A DNA stretch of 62,345 nucleotides, filler included. It is 7 parts of 7 records of this genome, joined end to end, with 100 filler letters (N's around TTAATTAATTAA, not from the genome) between each part and the next. Parts side by side here need not be neighbours in the genome. Positions count along the whole stretch, not along the records: positions 8,545 to 14,830 come from SRR31156797_30068; positions 14,931 to 27,306 come from SRR31156797_30089; 5 more parts are not named here. One strand, 5' to 3'. Of this stretch, positions 12,093 through 22,374 are shown in pieces (positions within the stretch are counted from its first letter, which is position 1; every line of letters begins with the position of its first letter). Made by a program: the position numbers and the translations under genes. Under the pieces are notes generated by a model, which was not told where the DNA came from, searched no databases, and worked only from the letters and a program-made list of their open reading frames with translations.

Positions 12093-13183
12093 TTTCCGGC
12101 CACGGTGGTAACATCTACGAGCTTGCCGGTAGGTTGGGCTGTGACACTGCGGACATTTGCGACATGAGCGCCAATGTGAATCCCCTTGGTCCCATGCCGT
12201 CCCTGGTATCGCACCTCCAGCAGGGAATTCAGGCAATCTCCACCCTCCCTGAAGTAAATGCGGAGGGTATCATCCGGTCATTTTCCAACTTCTATCGTGT
12301 AAACCCAAACCAGGTGTTGGCGGGAAACGGTACGACCGAATTGATTTATCTGATCCCGAGAGCGGTGAACCCCTCCAAAGCCCTGATCGTTGGTCCGACC
12401 TATGCCGATTATAAAGATTCATGCAAGATGAACAAGGTCCCCTATACCTATCTAACCTGCAAGGAGAAAACAAATTTTAGGCCGGACCTGCAAGACATCA
12501 AAAAGGCTGCCGCCGGCACGGATATCGTTTTTTTCTGCAATCCCAACAATCCGACCGGAACCATGGTTTCCCGTCCAGACCTCATGGCTTTGTGCAAATC
12601 GGTGCCCGACACTCTTTTTGTCATTGACGAATCTTATCTTCCCTTTGTCCCCGAACCGGAAGAAAAGACCCTGATGGATGCCGATCTGCCCAATGTACTG
12701 GTGCTGAATTCCATGTCCAAAGCATTTCGAATCCCTGGGCTTCGTATCGGCTTTGTGAAAGCGCCGAAATCAATTATTGAGAAGATGAGGCCCTACACCC
12801 TCCCCTGGTCGGTCAACGGTCTGGCCCAGGAAGCCGTCTCCTGGCTGATGAGCCATGCCCACCCCGTAAACCGGTTTTTGCACAACTCCCGCGACCTGAT
12901 TGACACACAACGATCCTGGTTGGTCCATCAAATTAAAACAAAAACGCAGATCCGCTGCTTTCCTTCCGTTACCTCCTTCATCCTCATGCGTCTTCCCAAG
13001 GATCTGGATGCACAAAAAGTCTGGCATCACATGGCAGAAAACCGCATTTTAATCCGCAATTGCTCCAATTTTGAAGGATTGACTGATCGGTTCATTCGCA
13101 TTTCCCTCAAACAGGAAAAAGAAAACCGAAAAGCAGCGAACCTTTTGATACGGGTAAGCCGGGAGAGCACCGATGGGGGCTGA
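12089..13183 (+). CDS. cobD: L-threonine-O-3-phosphate decarboxylase (PLP-dependent)
   Basis: HGGN, DMSANVNPLG, CNPNNPTG, IDES and SMSKAFRIPGLRIG motifs; operon context. Confidence 0.9.
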   Translation: MISGHGGNIYELAGRLGCDTADICDMSANVNPLGPMPSLVSHLQQGIQAISTLPEVNAEGIIRSFSNFYRVNPNQVLAGNGTTELIYLIPRAVNPSKALIVGPTYADYKDSCKMNKVPYTYLTCKEKTNFRPDLQDIKKAAAGTDIVFFCNPNNPTGTMVSRPDLMALCKSVPDTLFVIDESYLPFVPEPEEKTLMDADLPNVLVLNSMSKAFRIPGLRIGFVKAPKSIIEKMRPYTLPWSVNGLAQEAVSWLMSHAHPVNRFLHNSRDLIDTQRSWLVHQIKTKTQIRCFPSVTSFILMRLPKDLDAQKVWHHMAENRILIRNCSNFEGLTDRFIRISLKQEKENRKAANLLIRVSRESTDGG

Positions 13184-14135
13184 AGAGATGGTTGTATCCT
13201 TGACGCTGGCCTTTGTACTGGACATGTGGCTGGGCGACCCCTTGTGGCTGCCGCACCCTATCCGGTGGATGGGAAAAGCCATTGAGTGGGCCGAACCCCG
13301 ATTTCGGTTGCTACCGTTCAGCCGGGTGACTACCGGCGCCCTCATGTCCCTTTCATTGATTGTCCTTGCGTGGGCCGTTTCGATGGCTCTCGTCTCGGGT
13401 GCAATGGTTGTCCACCCCGTCCTGGGCCTCTTGATGCAGACGATCCTCCTTTTCACCTGTATTTCCGCCCGCGGCCTGTACGATGCTGCAATGACCGTGT
13501 TTCATGCACTCAAACAATGGGGCCTTACAGAAGGCAGAAAGGCCGTATCCATGATCGTCGGCCGGCAGGTGGACCATCTGGATGAAAGAGGGATTAGCAG
13601 GGCCACCGTGGAAACCGTAGCGGAGAACCTGGTGGATGGCGTTGTTTCTCCCCTTTTCTTTTTTGTTATCGGAGGCGCCCCCCTGGCCATGGCTTTCAAA
13701 ATGATCAACACGCTGGATTCAATGATCGGGTACAAAAACGATCGTTACCTATCCTTCGGCAAATTCGCAGCCAGGGTCGACGATTTCGCCAATTACCTGC
13801 CTGCGCGGCTGACGGTGCCTTTGATTGCGCTCGCATCCAAATGGCTCTGCGGCCGTGGCAAACAGTCCCTGACAACCGCAATTCGTGATGGACGAAAACA
13901 TGCAAGTCCCAATGCGGGTTACCCGGAAGCTGCTTTTGCAGGTGCGCTGTCTCTCTGGCTGGGCGGGCCAAACATTTACCACGGAAGGCTCGTGCAAAAA
14001 CCCGTCATCGGAGAAGGTCTGTCACAGACCCGGCCCGCCCAGATTGTCCGGGCATGCCAGTTGATGTTGGCCTCTGCTGCGCTGGCGTTCATGACGGCTG
14101 CCTTGAGCCTTTTACTATGTAGCGTCGTGAGGTGA
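13173..14135 (+). CDS. cbiB: Adenosylcobinamide-phosphate synthase
   Basis: GDP..LPHP, ETVAENLVDG, INTLDSMIGY, DDFANYLPARL and SPNAGYPEAA motifs. Confidence 0.96.
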   Translation: MGAEEMVVSLTLAFVLDMWLGDPLWLPHPIRWMGKAIEWAEPRFRLLPFSRVTTGALMSLSLIVLAWAVSMALVSGAMVVHPVLGLLMQTILLFTCISARGLYDAAMTVFHALKQWGLTEGRKAVSMIVGRQVDHLDERGISRATVETVAENLVDGVVSPLFFFVIGGAPLAMAFKMINTLDSMIGYKNDRYLSFGKFAARVDDFANYLPARLTVPLIALASKWLCGRGKQSLTTAIRDGRKHASPNAGYPEAAFAGALSLWLGGPNIYHGRLVQKPVIGEGLSQTRPAQIVRACQLMLASAALAFMTAALSLLLCSVVR

Positions 14136-14830
14136 TGATTGTGGACCCTCGATCCGAACCTCTTGCTTCTTTTGTTCCGCTGGACAGATCATTTAAAAAA
14201 AAGCTTCCCTTTCCCCTGGCTTGTCCATCGTTTGTATACCGATCCGGCTATGCGGAGAATGTTTGCCATCTGGCACCCTTTGTAGATGAAATCCAGCTGC
14301 TTTTTTTTGAAAGCCGGTTTCCCGAAAGCCTGCCCGCACCGGCACTGGTAAACGAATTACAACGGCTTGCCGACAGCCATGACCTTACCTACAATGTTCA
14401 TCTGCCCACGGATCTTTTCCCCGGACATCCCGACCCGGAGGAACGGCGACATGCCGCAGACACAATTGAAGAACTGGTCCGATGCTGTAAACCATTGGAT
14501 CCGACCACCTTTACACTTCACTTGAATCAAAATCCAGCCGGTTGCCCCCGTCTCCCCTTTTCTGCCTGGCAGGACAACGTGTTCGCAACAATGGAAAAAA
14601 TAATGAAAGCGGGTCTGTCCGGCCGCAGTTTTTCCATTGAAAACATTGACGATCAACTCGAAGGAGTTGACGAAATCATCGGGATGTTTGATCTTTCCGT
14701 GTGCATGGACATCGGTCACCTGATGGCCCACGGTATGGCCCTCTCCTCATTTTACCGAAAATGGAGAGAGCGCATTTCCATAGTGCACCTGCATGGTGTA
14801 GAGGGTAGACGGGACCACCTTCCGTTGAAC
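14132..14830 (+). CDS. cbiR: CbiR-like cobamide-remodelling phosphodiesterase (AP endonuclease 2 TIM barrel), 3'-truncated
   Basis: PSFVY, VDEIQLLFFES, YNVHLP, SIEN, CMDIGHL, VHLHG and RDHLPL metal motifs; last gene of a cob operon. Confidence 0.75.
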
Positions 14831-14930
14831 NNNNNNNNNNNNNNNNNNNNNNNNNNNNNNNNNNNNNNNNNNNNTTAATTAATTAANNNNNNNNNNNNNN
14901 NNNNNNNNNNNNNNNNNNNNNNNNNNNNNN
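14831..14930. other. Artificial contig spacer
   Basis: N-run with TTAATTAATTAA linker. Confidence 0.99.
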
Positions 14931-15636
14931 TTTTTTTTACAGCCCATCCCAGGTACTCTTCTTCCTGTATGGGCAGCCCGATTTTAATGTCCGGGTAGTA
15001 TCTGCGGTTTAAGAGTGCAATGTTTGAATCCGCGATGGTGAATTTGATTTTTTTTTCAGAAATCCTTCTGATGATTTCCTCGGTGGCCAGATCATCAAGC
15101 AGCTGAATATCCAGATCAATTCCGGATTCTTTGAGTTCCTCTAAGCGTTCCTGATAGGAGGTGCCTTTCCTGACATGAATGGTTCTGCCTGCCAGCTGCT
15201 CAATATTTTTAATACCGAATTTTAGTTTGTGGTGAATAAATTTTTGCTGCACAGACATGTAGGGACCTGAAAATAAAGCGATCTGCTCCCTTGGTTCTGT
15301 TCTGGTGATGCCGGCGGCGATGAAATCGCCCTGTCCTGAATTAAGCAGTTCAAACATTGTGTCCCATTCCGGTACTATAACTTCAAGCGTCACTCCCAGA
15401 TGATCTGCAAACGCCTTTGCAAGCTCATACTCAAATCCCATGGGAGAATCCCGGTAGGTGTAATAGGATGTGGCATTATTGGCCGTAATCATTCGGATCG
15501 TACCTCGTTTTTGGATTTGTTGCATGGGGGCTTTGAATCTGATCCCCATTTGATCCAACAGGAGGTATATGCCGATTCCTGCAGCAGCCACCATTACAAG
15601 AATGACCGGATATAACTTTTTTTTGTGATTGAAAAT
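14931..15636 (-). CDS. mltF: Membrane-bound lytic transglycosylase MltF-like protein (SBP domain), 3'-truncated; probable ATT start
   Basis: RGTIRMIT, MGFEYELAKAFADHLG, DFIAAGIT, VRKGTSY and TIADS motifs; AGGAGG 5 nt before an in-frame ATT at 15636. Confidence 0.8.
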
Positions 15637-15930
15637 AATCGCCTCCTGTTCATGTTGTGGTTAACGCCGTCCCGATTAATAAGTAAAGCTTCGGTTTATT
15701 TTTATCCTATTTTACCTATTTTACATAACCTTAATTAAATCCAGAGTCAGAGAATAGAAGCAATGTGCAGAGGGAAACACCCTGACTAAAAGGAACTTGA
15801 CCTGAATAATTTTACAGAAAAAAAAATTGCATTCTCACAGTGACGCCTGTACTTTGTAAATTAAAAAAACTCGTATCTATTTTTTTGTTCATTCAGGAAA
15901 CCCTGTTCCCTGTTTTTAAGGAGCATGTTT

Positions 15931-16824
15931 ATGATTTTGTGTTTGAAAAGAGTGCTTTTCCGGGTTTGTCTGGCGGGCTGCTGTTTACTGCCGCAGGTTC
16001 TGAGCGGCTGTGCAGGAACAATGGCGGTCGTCCCTCCTGTGAATGTTGAAGCCGTGCAAACATACCATGCTGGTAAATTTGTCTGGTTTGATCTTTTCAC
16101 AACAGAGATGAAACAGGCTGCCTCTTTTTATGAACACCTGTTTGGATGGGAGCTGACACCGGTTTCAACCCCTGGACAACGTGATTTGCTGACAATTTAT
16201 TCCAATGGCAAGCCCATTGGCAATATAATTCAAAGGAAAAAGAAAGATGTGGGTTCCAAGTGGCTTTCCTATCTGTCTGTGGCTGATTTTAACCTTGCAC
16301 TGAAGGCAGTAAACCGTGCCCATGGAAAGGTAATCCATAATATCGGCAACCTACCTGACCGGGGAAAAGTCGCAGTTGTTGCAGACGATCAGGAGGCGAC
16401 TTTTGCCATCATAAAATCAAGCAGCGGTGATCCTGAAGACCAAAAAGCAGCAGTCAGTCAATGGGTGGATTGTGAACTGTGGACTAAAAATGTGGAAACG
16501 GCACTGCTTTTTTACGGGCAGATTGTCCAATATGAGCCGGAAACCATCCAACTTTCAGAAACAATAAACTATACCCTGCTGATGAAAGACGGTTTAAGAA
16601 GGGGTGGTGTTGTAAAAATTCCCTGGAAAGAGATTAAGTCGGAATGGATTCCCTATGTCGCAGTCAGGGATATCAGTGCGGTAACTGCCAAAGTCAAAAA
16701 GTTGGGCGGAAAAATTCTTCTGGAACCCGAGATTGAAAGCCTTGAAGGTAGAGTCGCCATTATAGCAGATCCAAGTGGCGCTGTTCTGGGGCTGCAGCAG
16801 GTGGATGAAGGGGAGGGAGTATGA
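15931..16824 (+). CDS. VOC/glyoxalase-family lipoprotein (tandem domains)
   Basis: Lipobox LSGC; GKFVWFDL, FYEHLFGW, WLSYLSV, WIPYVAV and IADPSGA motifs. Confidence 0.85.
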   Translation: MILCLKRVLFRVCLAGCCLLPQVLSGCAGTMAVVPPVNVEAVQTYHAGKFVWFDLFTTEMKQAASFYEHLFGWELTPVSTPGQRDLLTIYSNGKPIGNIIQRKKKDVGSKWLSYLSVADFNLALKAVNRAHGKVIHNIGNLPDRGKVAVVADDQEATFAIIKSSSGDPEDQKAAVSQWVDCELWTKNVETALLFYGQIVQYEPETIQLSETINYTLLMKDGLRRGGVVKIPWKEIKSEWIPYVAVRDISAVTAKVKKLGGKILLEPEIESLEGRVAIIADPSGAVLGLQQVDEGEGV

Positions 16825-17066
16825 AAAAGCAATATGCAGTTTTTTTAATACTGGCCATATTTATACTGGTTGCCCTTTCCGGCTGCACTACAACCCCGTA
16901 TTATGGTGTCTCCTACACCTACGGCACATTCTGGGGACATTATGATCATCACCACCACCACCACCACCATCGTCCACCGCCTGCGGTTAGGCCAAAGCCG
17001 CCGCACAAACCAAAACCCAGACCACCGGTGAGCAGGCCCAAACCAAGGCCGAAGCGCCGGGGGTGA
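16821..17066 (+). CDS. Small lipoprotein with a His8 tract and Pro/Lys/Arg-rich tail
   Basis: MKK plus hydrophobic core plus LSGC lipobox; G/A-rich RBS; ATGA overlap with the VOC gene. Confidence 0.75.
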   Translation: MKKQYAVFLILAIFILVALSGCTTTPYYGVSYTYGTFWGHYDHHHHHHHHRPPPAVRPKPPHKPKPRPPVSRPKPRPKRRG

Positions 17067-17269
17067 AAATTGGGTTAGGACCGCAGAATAAATAAGTTGG
17101 GCCAAAGGGCAAGCTATTTCGTTCAAGTTATTTTATCATGTTCTTATTTTCTCGTTAGGGATTTATGTAAAAACTTTAAATTCATCACTTGCCTATTATT
17201 AATGCCGCAGATCTCATGAATCAGCTGTGTAAATTCAAAACAATATCTGGAAATTAAAAGGAAGAAACC

Positions 17270-18280
17270 ATGGAAATCAGCAAAAAAAAAGTTATTATCG
17301 ACACAGATATGGGGTGGGATGATGTTCTTTCTATTCTCTATTTAATGAAAAACCCTTCAATTGAGATAGTCGGTGTTACTGTAACCGGATGTGGAGAAAC
17401 TGATCTTCGCTGGGGAACTATTATTGCTAAAACCCTTATGGAATTAGGTTCTCAAACAAAGGCAAGTGTTTGTGTTGGAACAAGTACACCTATGAAGTTT
17501 AATCATGTTTTTCCTCAAACATTTAAAGATGATATGAATGACATCATGGGGCTGCTTGGATCACTTAATCCAAAAACGTTAATCGATATTGATGAGCGTC
17601 CTGCCTGGGAGTTTATGGCTGATACTTTAAAACAAACAAAAGATAATATTACTATTCTTTCCCTTGGCGGTTTTACTAATATTGCAAAATTACTGGAGCT
17701 TTATCCTTCAGGGCCAATTGATAAAATTGAGTCTGTTTATGCAATGGCAGGAGCTGTTTATGTGGATGGTAATGTATCTCTATTAAATGGTGCAAAACCA
17801 GAGTGGGATCAGGGGCTTATATATAGTACCAACTATGTTGCCGAATGGAATGTCTTTGTTGATCCTGTTGCAGCAAAAAAAGTTTTTGATTCTACAATCC
17901 CAGTCACTTTAGTTCCTTTGGATGCCTGTGATTATGTAATGCTAAGCCCTGATTATGTAAACAAAATAACAGCAACTGATCCTATCGCTACTCTTGCAAA
18001 AAATGTTTTTAAAAAGAAAACCGGCAGCAGCAGTGAAGGGATTCCGGTTCCAATTTTTGATCCGCTTGCGACAATGATAATGGCTGGTGGCCTTGGTTGT
18101 TATCAATCCCATCGTGAGTATATTGATGTTAATACTACAGACAGTAAAGACGATAATCAGTGTGGTAATACATATGTTGTTGAGTCAGGATCAAGAAAGA
18201 TAACTATTGTCCAGGGCGTGTCCCAGCGTGAGTTTGCCATTCATTATGCAGATATAATCAATAGAAAATTTTCAGAATAG
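17270..18280 (+). CDS. Nucleoside hydrolase (IU-NH family)
   Basis: IIDTDMGWDD, FTNIA, MAGA, AEWNVFVDP, LVPLD and FDP motifs. Confidence 0.9.
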   Translation: MEISKKKVIIDTDMGWDDVLSILYLMKNPSIEIVGVTVTGCGETDLRWGTIIAKTLMELGSQTKASVCVGTSTPMKFNHVFPQTFKDDMNDIMGLLGSLNPKTLIDIDERPAWEFMADTLKQTKDNITILSLGGFTNIAKLLELYPSGPIDKIESVYAMAGAVYVDGNVSLLNGAKPEWDQGLIYSTNYVAEWNVFVDPVAAKKVFDSTIPVTLVPLDACDYVMLSPDYVNKITATDPIATLAKNVFKKKTGSSSEGIPVPIFDPLATMIMAGGLGCYQSHREYIDVNTTDSKDDNQCGNTYVVESGSRKITIVQGVSQREFAIHYADIINRKFSE

Positions 18281-18321
18281 GTAAATGTCAATCTAATTGC
18301 ACACATAAAAAGGAGATATAT

Positions 18322-19305
18322 GTGATGAGATATTTTTCAGGGATCTTTATGATCGTTTTTTTATTTATAAGTTGTTCCATAAGTTATGCTGATTCATCAA
18401 AAAGTCAGGTTGGAAATTTTCAGCAATTAAAAAAAATTGTAATGGAGATGGGTGAACCCCATTCAACTCTGGTTGTAATGGATGATGACGACACCTTAAC
18501 AATGATGAAATGTTCCAGCGAGTCTAAGCCGGACTCTTGCCAATATCTTGGCGGTCCTGCCTGGTATGCCTGGCAGTCAAATCTGGTTGGTACTGCATCT
18601 CCCTATAGAGTTGCAGACACTGAAGGTGAATTATTGAATATATCAACACTTCTTTTTGCCATGAATAAAATGGATTATACAGAAGAAGATCTTCCATCTG
18701 TTCTTTATGATTTAACCGGTAAAGGTGTTCGCTTACTGGTTGAAACAGCAAGGGGCGGAAGTAATCTCTCTGCTACTGAAATGCAGATGGCTAACTTAAA
18801 AGTTAATGATTCCAATCACATCAGTTTTCTTGATACAATAAGTAAAAATTCTTTACTTATGGGGCCAATGAACATATCAAGTTTACCCAGTCCTTTTACA
18901 CCGTGTAATATTTCAGGTACAAGAGAGGTGGTGTATCAACAGGGGATTATGTATGTGGCAGGTCAAAATAAGGGCGTGATGCTGAATTGTCTTCTTAAAT
19001 ACTATGACAATCACAATTCAGGTAATACAGCTTTTCCCGTAAAAAATATTGTATTTATTGATGACACACAAAAGAATGTTGATGATGTCTACAATGCTTT
19101 TAAAGACAATACATATTATAAGGTGAAAGCTTTGCATTATAATGCTCTTGATAGTCATAAAGCAGCTTTAACGGCAAAAGGAAAACAAGGCGATAAATTA
19201 AGAAATACTGCTAAAGAACGTTGGGAAGCTATTCAGTCTACGCTATCAAAACAATTATTATTTCCTGCTACTGATGCACTTAAAAAAGGCGGCACCTTGC
19301 CTTAA
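18322..19305 (+). CDS. Secreted HAD-like protein (DUF2608-like)
   Basis: Signal peptide (SYA/DS); HAD motif I VMDDDDTL, TAR, NKG and motif IV IVFIDD. Confidence 0.7.
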   Translation: MMRYFSGIFMIVFLFISCSISYADSSKSQVGNFQQLKKIVMEMGEPHSTLVVMDDDDTLTMMKCSSESKPDSCQYLGGPAWYAWQSNLVGTASPYRVADTEGELLNISTLLFAMNKMDYTEEDLPSVLYDLTGKGVRLLVETARGGSNLSATEMQMANLKVNDSNHISFLDTISKNSLLMGPMNISSLPSPFTPCNISGTREVVYQQGIMYVAGQNKGVMLNCLLKYYDNHNSGNTAFPVKNIVFIDDTQKNVDDVYNAFKDNTYYKVKALHYNALDSHKAALTAKGKQGDKLRNTAKERWEAIQSTLSKQLLFPATDALKKGGTLP

Positions 19306-19333
19306 TGCTTTATAAAATTGTAAACCCTATAAA

Positions 19334-22201
19334 CTATTTTCGTGTCAGTTCAGTTTTCACGGCCAGTCCGATTTTTTCCAATGTATAGGGCTTTTTAACG
19401 TATTCTCCGGCACCTATCAACTGGGCCTCTTTGATACGGTCTGTTTCTGAAAATCCGCTGGCAATGATGGCCCGTTGTCCCGGGTTAAATTCCAGAATAT
19501 TTTTGTATGTGTCGAGGCCGTCTATCCCCGGGTCCATTATCATGTCCAGAATGATCATATCCGCCGTGTTGTTTTTCATGTATTCCACGGCTTCTTCTCC
19601 GCTTGAGACGGAATCAACGGCGTATCCCAATTTTCTCAGCAGGGCAGATGCAATTTCTGTTTGTTGTGAAACGTCATCAACAATCAGAATTTTTTCTCCG
19701 TTTCCCATGTAATCATCAATTGACAGGATGACGTTTTTTTCTACCTCCTTTCTTGTGACCGGAAAAAAGAGGGTGAATTTACTTCCTTTACCTTTTACAC
19801 TTTCAACATTGATGTAACCGTCATGGTCCTTTACTGTTCCCCATACCACAGCCATCCCCAGGCCTGTTCCACTCCTTCCCATGGTCTTTTTGGTATAAAA
19901 AGGCTCGAAAATTTTTTCCAGATCTTCTTCGCTGATACCTGATCCGTTATCAGTCACGTTCAGTATTACATAGTCTCCTTCCTGAATTTCGTCATAACCT
20001 TTTATACATGTATCAATGTAGTGGTTTTTTGTGGAAATGGAAACAAGCCCTCCATCATGAAAAGACTCAACGGCATTGGAGATCAAATTCATAATCGTTT
20101 TGGACAAATGAACCGGTGAGCCCATTATGTTTAACAGGTCACCTTGAAGGTTGGTCTTAAACTCAGCCTTGGGGTAAAATGACTTTAATTTTTTATATTC
20201 CGGCGATTTTAGATAGTCGTTAACCAAATCGTTTAAATTGACAACTTTGGAGACGGCTACGCCTCTCCTTGCCAGCGTCAGCAAATCCTGCACAATTGCG
20301 GCTGCCTTTTTTCCGGAATTCTGGATGGTCAAAATGGGTTTGCGCAAAGTGCTGTCTTCAGGTAGCCCCATCAGTATTAAATCCGGGTAGCTCACAAGAC
20401 CGGTCAGTACATTGTTCAGATCGTGAGCGACACCTCCTGCCAAAGTGCCTATCGCTTCCATTTTTTCTGCACGCCGAAGCCGGGCTTCAAGCGCTTCTTT
20501 TTGTGCTTGTGCCGTTTTTTGCTCAGACAGATCTCTGATCGCAACCATTCTGACCTCACACCCATGATAACCCATGGGCCTTACCCTGATCTCGACGGGG
20601 AAAGTGCTCCCGTCCTTCTTTATGCATGTGACTTCGTAGGGACCAAAGCTGTTGGCGTCGACCTTATGCTTCATCATCACTTCTGAATCAGGCGCCACCA
20701 ATACACGGAGAATATTTTTATCAGCCAGCTCTTCCCGGGTATAGCCGAACATTTTATAATACTGCTCATTGGCCTCGATGATATACCCGTTATCATGCAA
20801 GACGATTCCTTCAAATGTTGCATGGGATAAATTTCGGAACCGCTCTTCGCTTTCCCGAAGAGCCTTGTCTGTCCGTTTGCGGTCATCTACCATTTTGTTG
20901 GACAAATCCGCCAGTGTCCTGAATTCGGAAAAAGGGATCACCAAGGGATTGATTTTTTCATTTGAAACAGCACTTTTTTTAAAGAATTCTGCGAATACTT
21001 CAATTCCTTTTTTAATGTTTTTCAAAAAATAACGGAGTATGAGAATGGTAATTAAAATGGAAATTGCGAAGAGGGCCAGAATGAATGTTATTTGTTTTTT
21101 GACGCCTGCTTTATAAGCGGTAAGCTTTTCATTGATGGTCTTTTCAACATCGTCCATATACACGCCGGTACCAACAATCCATCCCCAGGCATCAAAGGAT
21201 TTCGCAAAACCCAGCTTCGGCACTTCTACGCCTGAGCTTGGTTTTTTCCACACATAGTTGACATAGACCCCTTCCGGGACCGTGGCTGCTTCCAAAAGTC
21301 TGCGGTTGATTTTGACACCGTTGGAATCTGTGACATTGATCATGTTTTTGCCAATATATTTTTGGGCAATATGACTTACATATGTTCCATCATATTTGAA
21401 GACAAAAAGATATCCGTCTTTTCCGAATCTGACATTTGATATCCTCTCCAGAACCTCGTTTTCGATCTCCTTTTCCATATCGTCAATGTATTCACCTGTG
21501 CCTATAAACCAATTCAATGGTTCAAAGCGTTTTACAAATGAGATTTTGGGAAAGCACTGTTCTTCCATTTCAGGTTTTGTCCAGAAATATTCATAAAACC
21601 CCTCCTTCTTCTCTTTTGCGATTTGGATCATGTCTTTAATGACATATTGGCCTCGCGAATCCTGTATATTATTAGCCGCTTTGCCCTTTGGTTGGGGCCT
21701 GTGCGTCAGAAGTTCTTCAGTGCCGGTCAGGGATGTGGCAAAATAGTATCCTCTTCCGTTGTTATAGCGCATGGACCGTAAGGTCTCACTGACCATATGC
21801 GTTAATTCTTTCGTGCTGTGGTTATCTTTGTAAAGATTGTAAATATGCGCTGCCAGTGCGTGGGCTTCGTATACCCTGGACTTAATTTGTTGTCTGACTC
21901 TTTTGTCTGTCTTGGATTTTTTATACGTTATATATTCAACAGCTTTTTCGACTTCGTTTCGTATGAATCTGCGTTGTGAGTCTATGAAATCGCTTTTTAG
22001 CTTACTCGACTCAGCACGAAATTTTTTTTGTTCTTGGTAAATCCAAAAATAACCCAATGAAGCAAAAAGCATTAATAAGATAATGGATGTGCTGATAAAA
22101 TATGTGCCGGCAATGCTTTTATTTTTGACCATTTCGATTTTAAATACTTTAATTTTTTGTAAAAAAATGTTCAGGCCACCATATATTGTGCCTGCCATCA
22201 A
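19334..22201 (-). CDS. Hybrid sensor histidine kinase (TM, two Cache, TM, PAS, HisKA, HATPase, REC); start may be 22132
   Basis: GYYFA/GYLFV Cache repeats, GVAHDLNN, NLISNA, DNGSG, GTGLG, LIVDD and LDMIM motifs. Confidence 0.93.
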   Translation of the reverse strand: MMAGTIYGGLNIFLQKIKVFKIEMVKNKSIAGTYFISTSIILLMLFASLGYFWIYQEQKKFRAESSKLKSDFIDSQRRFIRNEVEKAVEYITYKKSKTDKRVRQQIKSRVYEAHALAAHIYNLYKDNHSTKELTHMVSETLRSMRYNNGRGYYFATSLTGTEELLTHRPQPKGKAANNIQDSRGQYVIKDMIQIAKEKKEGFYEYFWTKPEMEEQCFPKISFVKRFEPLNWFIGTGEYIDDMEKEIENEVLERISNVRFGKDGYLFVFKYDGTYVSHIAQKYIGKNMINVTDSNGVKINRRLLEAATVPEGVYVNYVWKKPSSGVEVPKLGFAKSFDAWGWIVGTGVYMDDVEKTINEKLTAYKAGVKKQITFILALFAISILITILILRYFLKNIKKGIEVFAEFFKKSAVSNEKINPLVIPFSEFRTLADLSNKMVDDRKRTDKALRESEERFRNLSHATFEGIVLHDNGYIIEANEQYYKMFGYTREELADKNILRVLVAPDSEVMMKHKVDANSFGPYEVTCIKKDGSTFPVEIRVRPMGYHGCEVRMVAIRDLSEQKTAQAQKEALEARLRRAEKMEAIGTLAGGVAHDLNNVLTGLVSYPDLILMGLPEDSTLRKPILTIQNSGKKAAAIVQDLLTLARRGVAVSKVVNLNDLVNDYLKSPEYKKLKSFYPKAEFKTNLQGDLLNIMGSPVHLSKTIMNLISNAVESFHDGGLVSISTKNHYIDTCIKGYDEIQEGDYVILNVTDNGSGISEEDLEKIFEPFYTKKTMGRSGTGLGMAVVWGTVKDHDGYINVESVKGKGSKFTLFFPVTRKEVEKNVILSIDDYMGNGEKILIVDDVSQQTEIASALLRKLGYAVDSVSSGEEAVEYMKNNTADMIILDMIMDPGIDGLDTYKNILEFNPGQRAIIASGFSETDRIKEAQLIGAGEYVKKPYTLEKIGLAVKTELTRK

Positions 22202-22339
22202 AAGCCAATAATCAATTTAGGAATGAGTCCGAAATAACTTACCCTGAGAGCGCGGACATCTTGGCAAAATGCCAATCTACACTGACTTGAAAGAAGATAC
22301 AATTAAAAATCATGTCCTCTATTTTACCTATTTGAGTGC

Positions 22340-22374
22340 CGAGTTTTCCGGTTGAGTCCACGCGATTGTTATGA
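22340..22374 (-). mobile_element. Partial attC-like half-site (R''-L'') overlapping the 3D gene stop
   Basis: Minus strand TCATAAC-AATCG-CGTGGACT-CAACCGG; the stop TAA lies inside R''; no canonical R' found. Confidence 0.4.

Noticed and set aside
17090-17240. CGTTAGG and GCCGCAGATCTC as attC remnants before the nucleoside hydrolase
   Set aside because: No matching R'' or complementary arms found.
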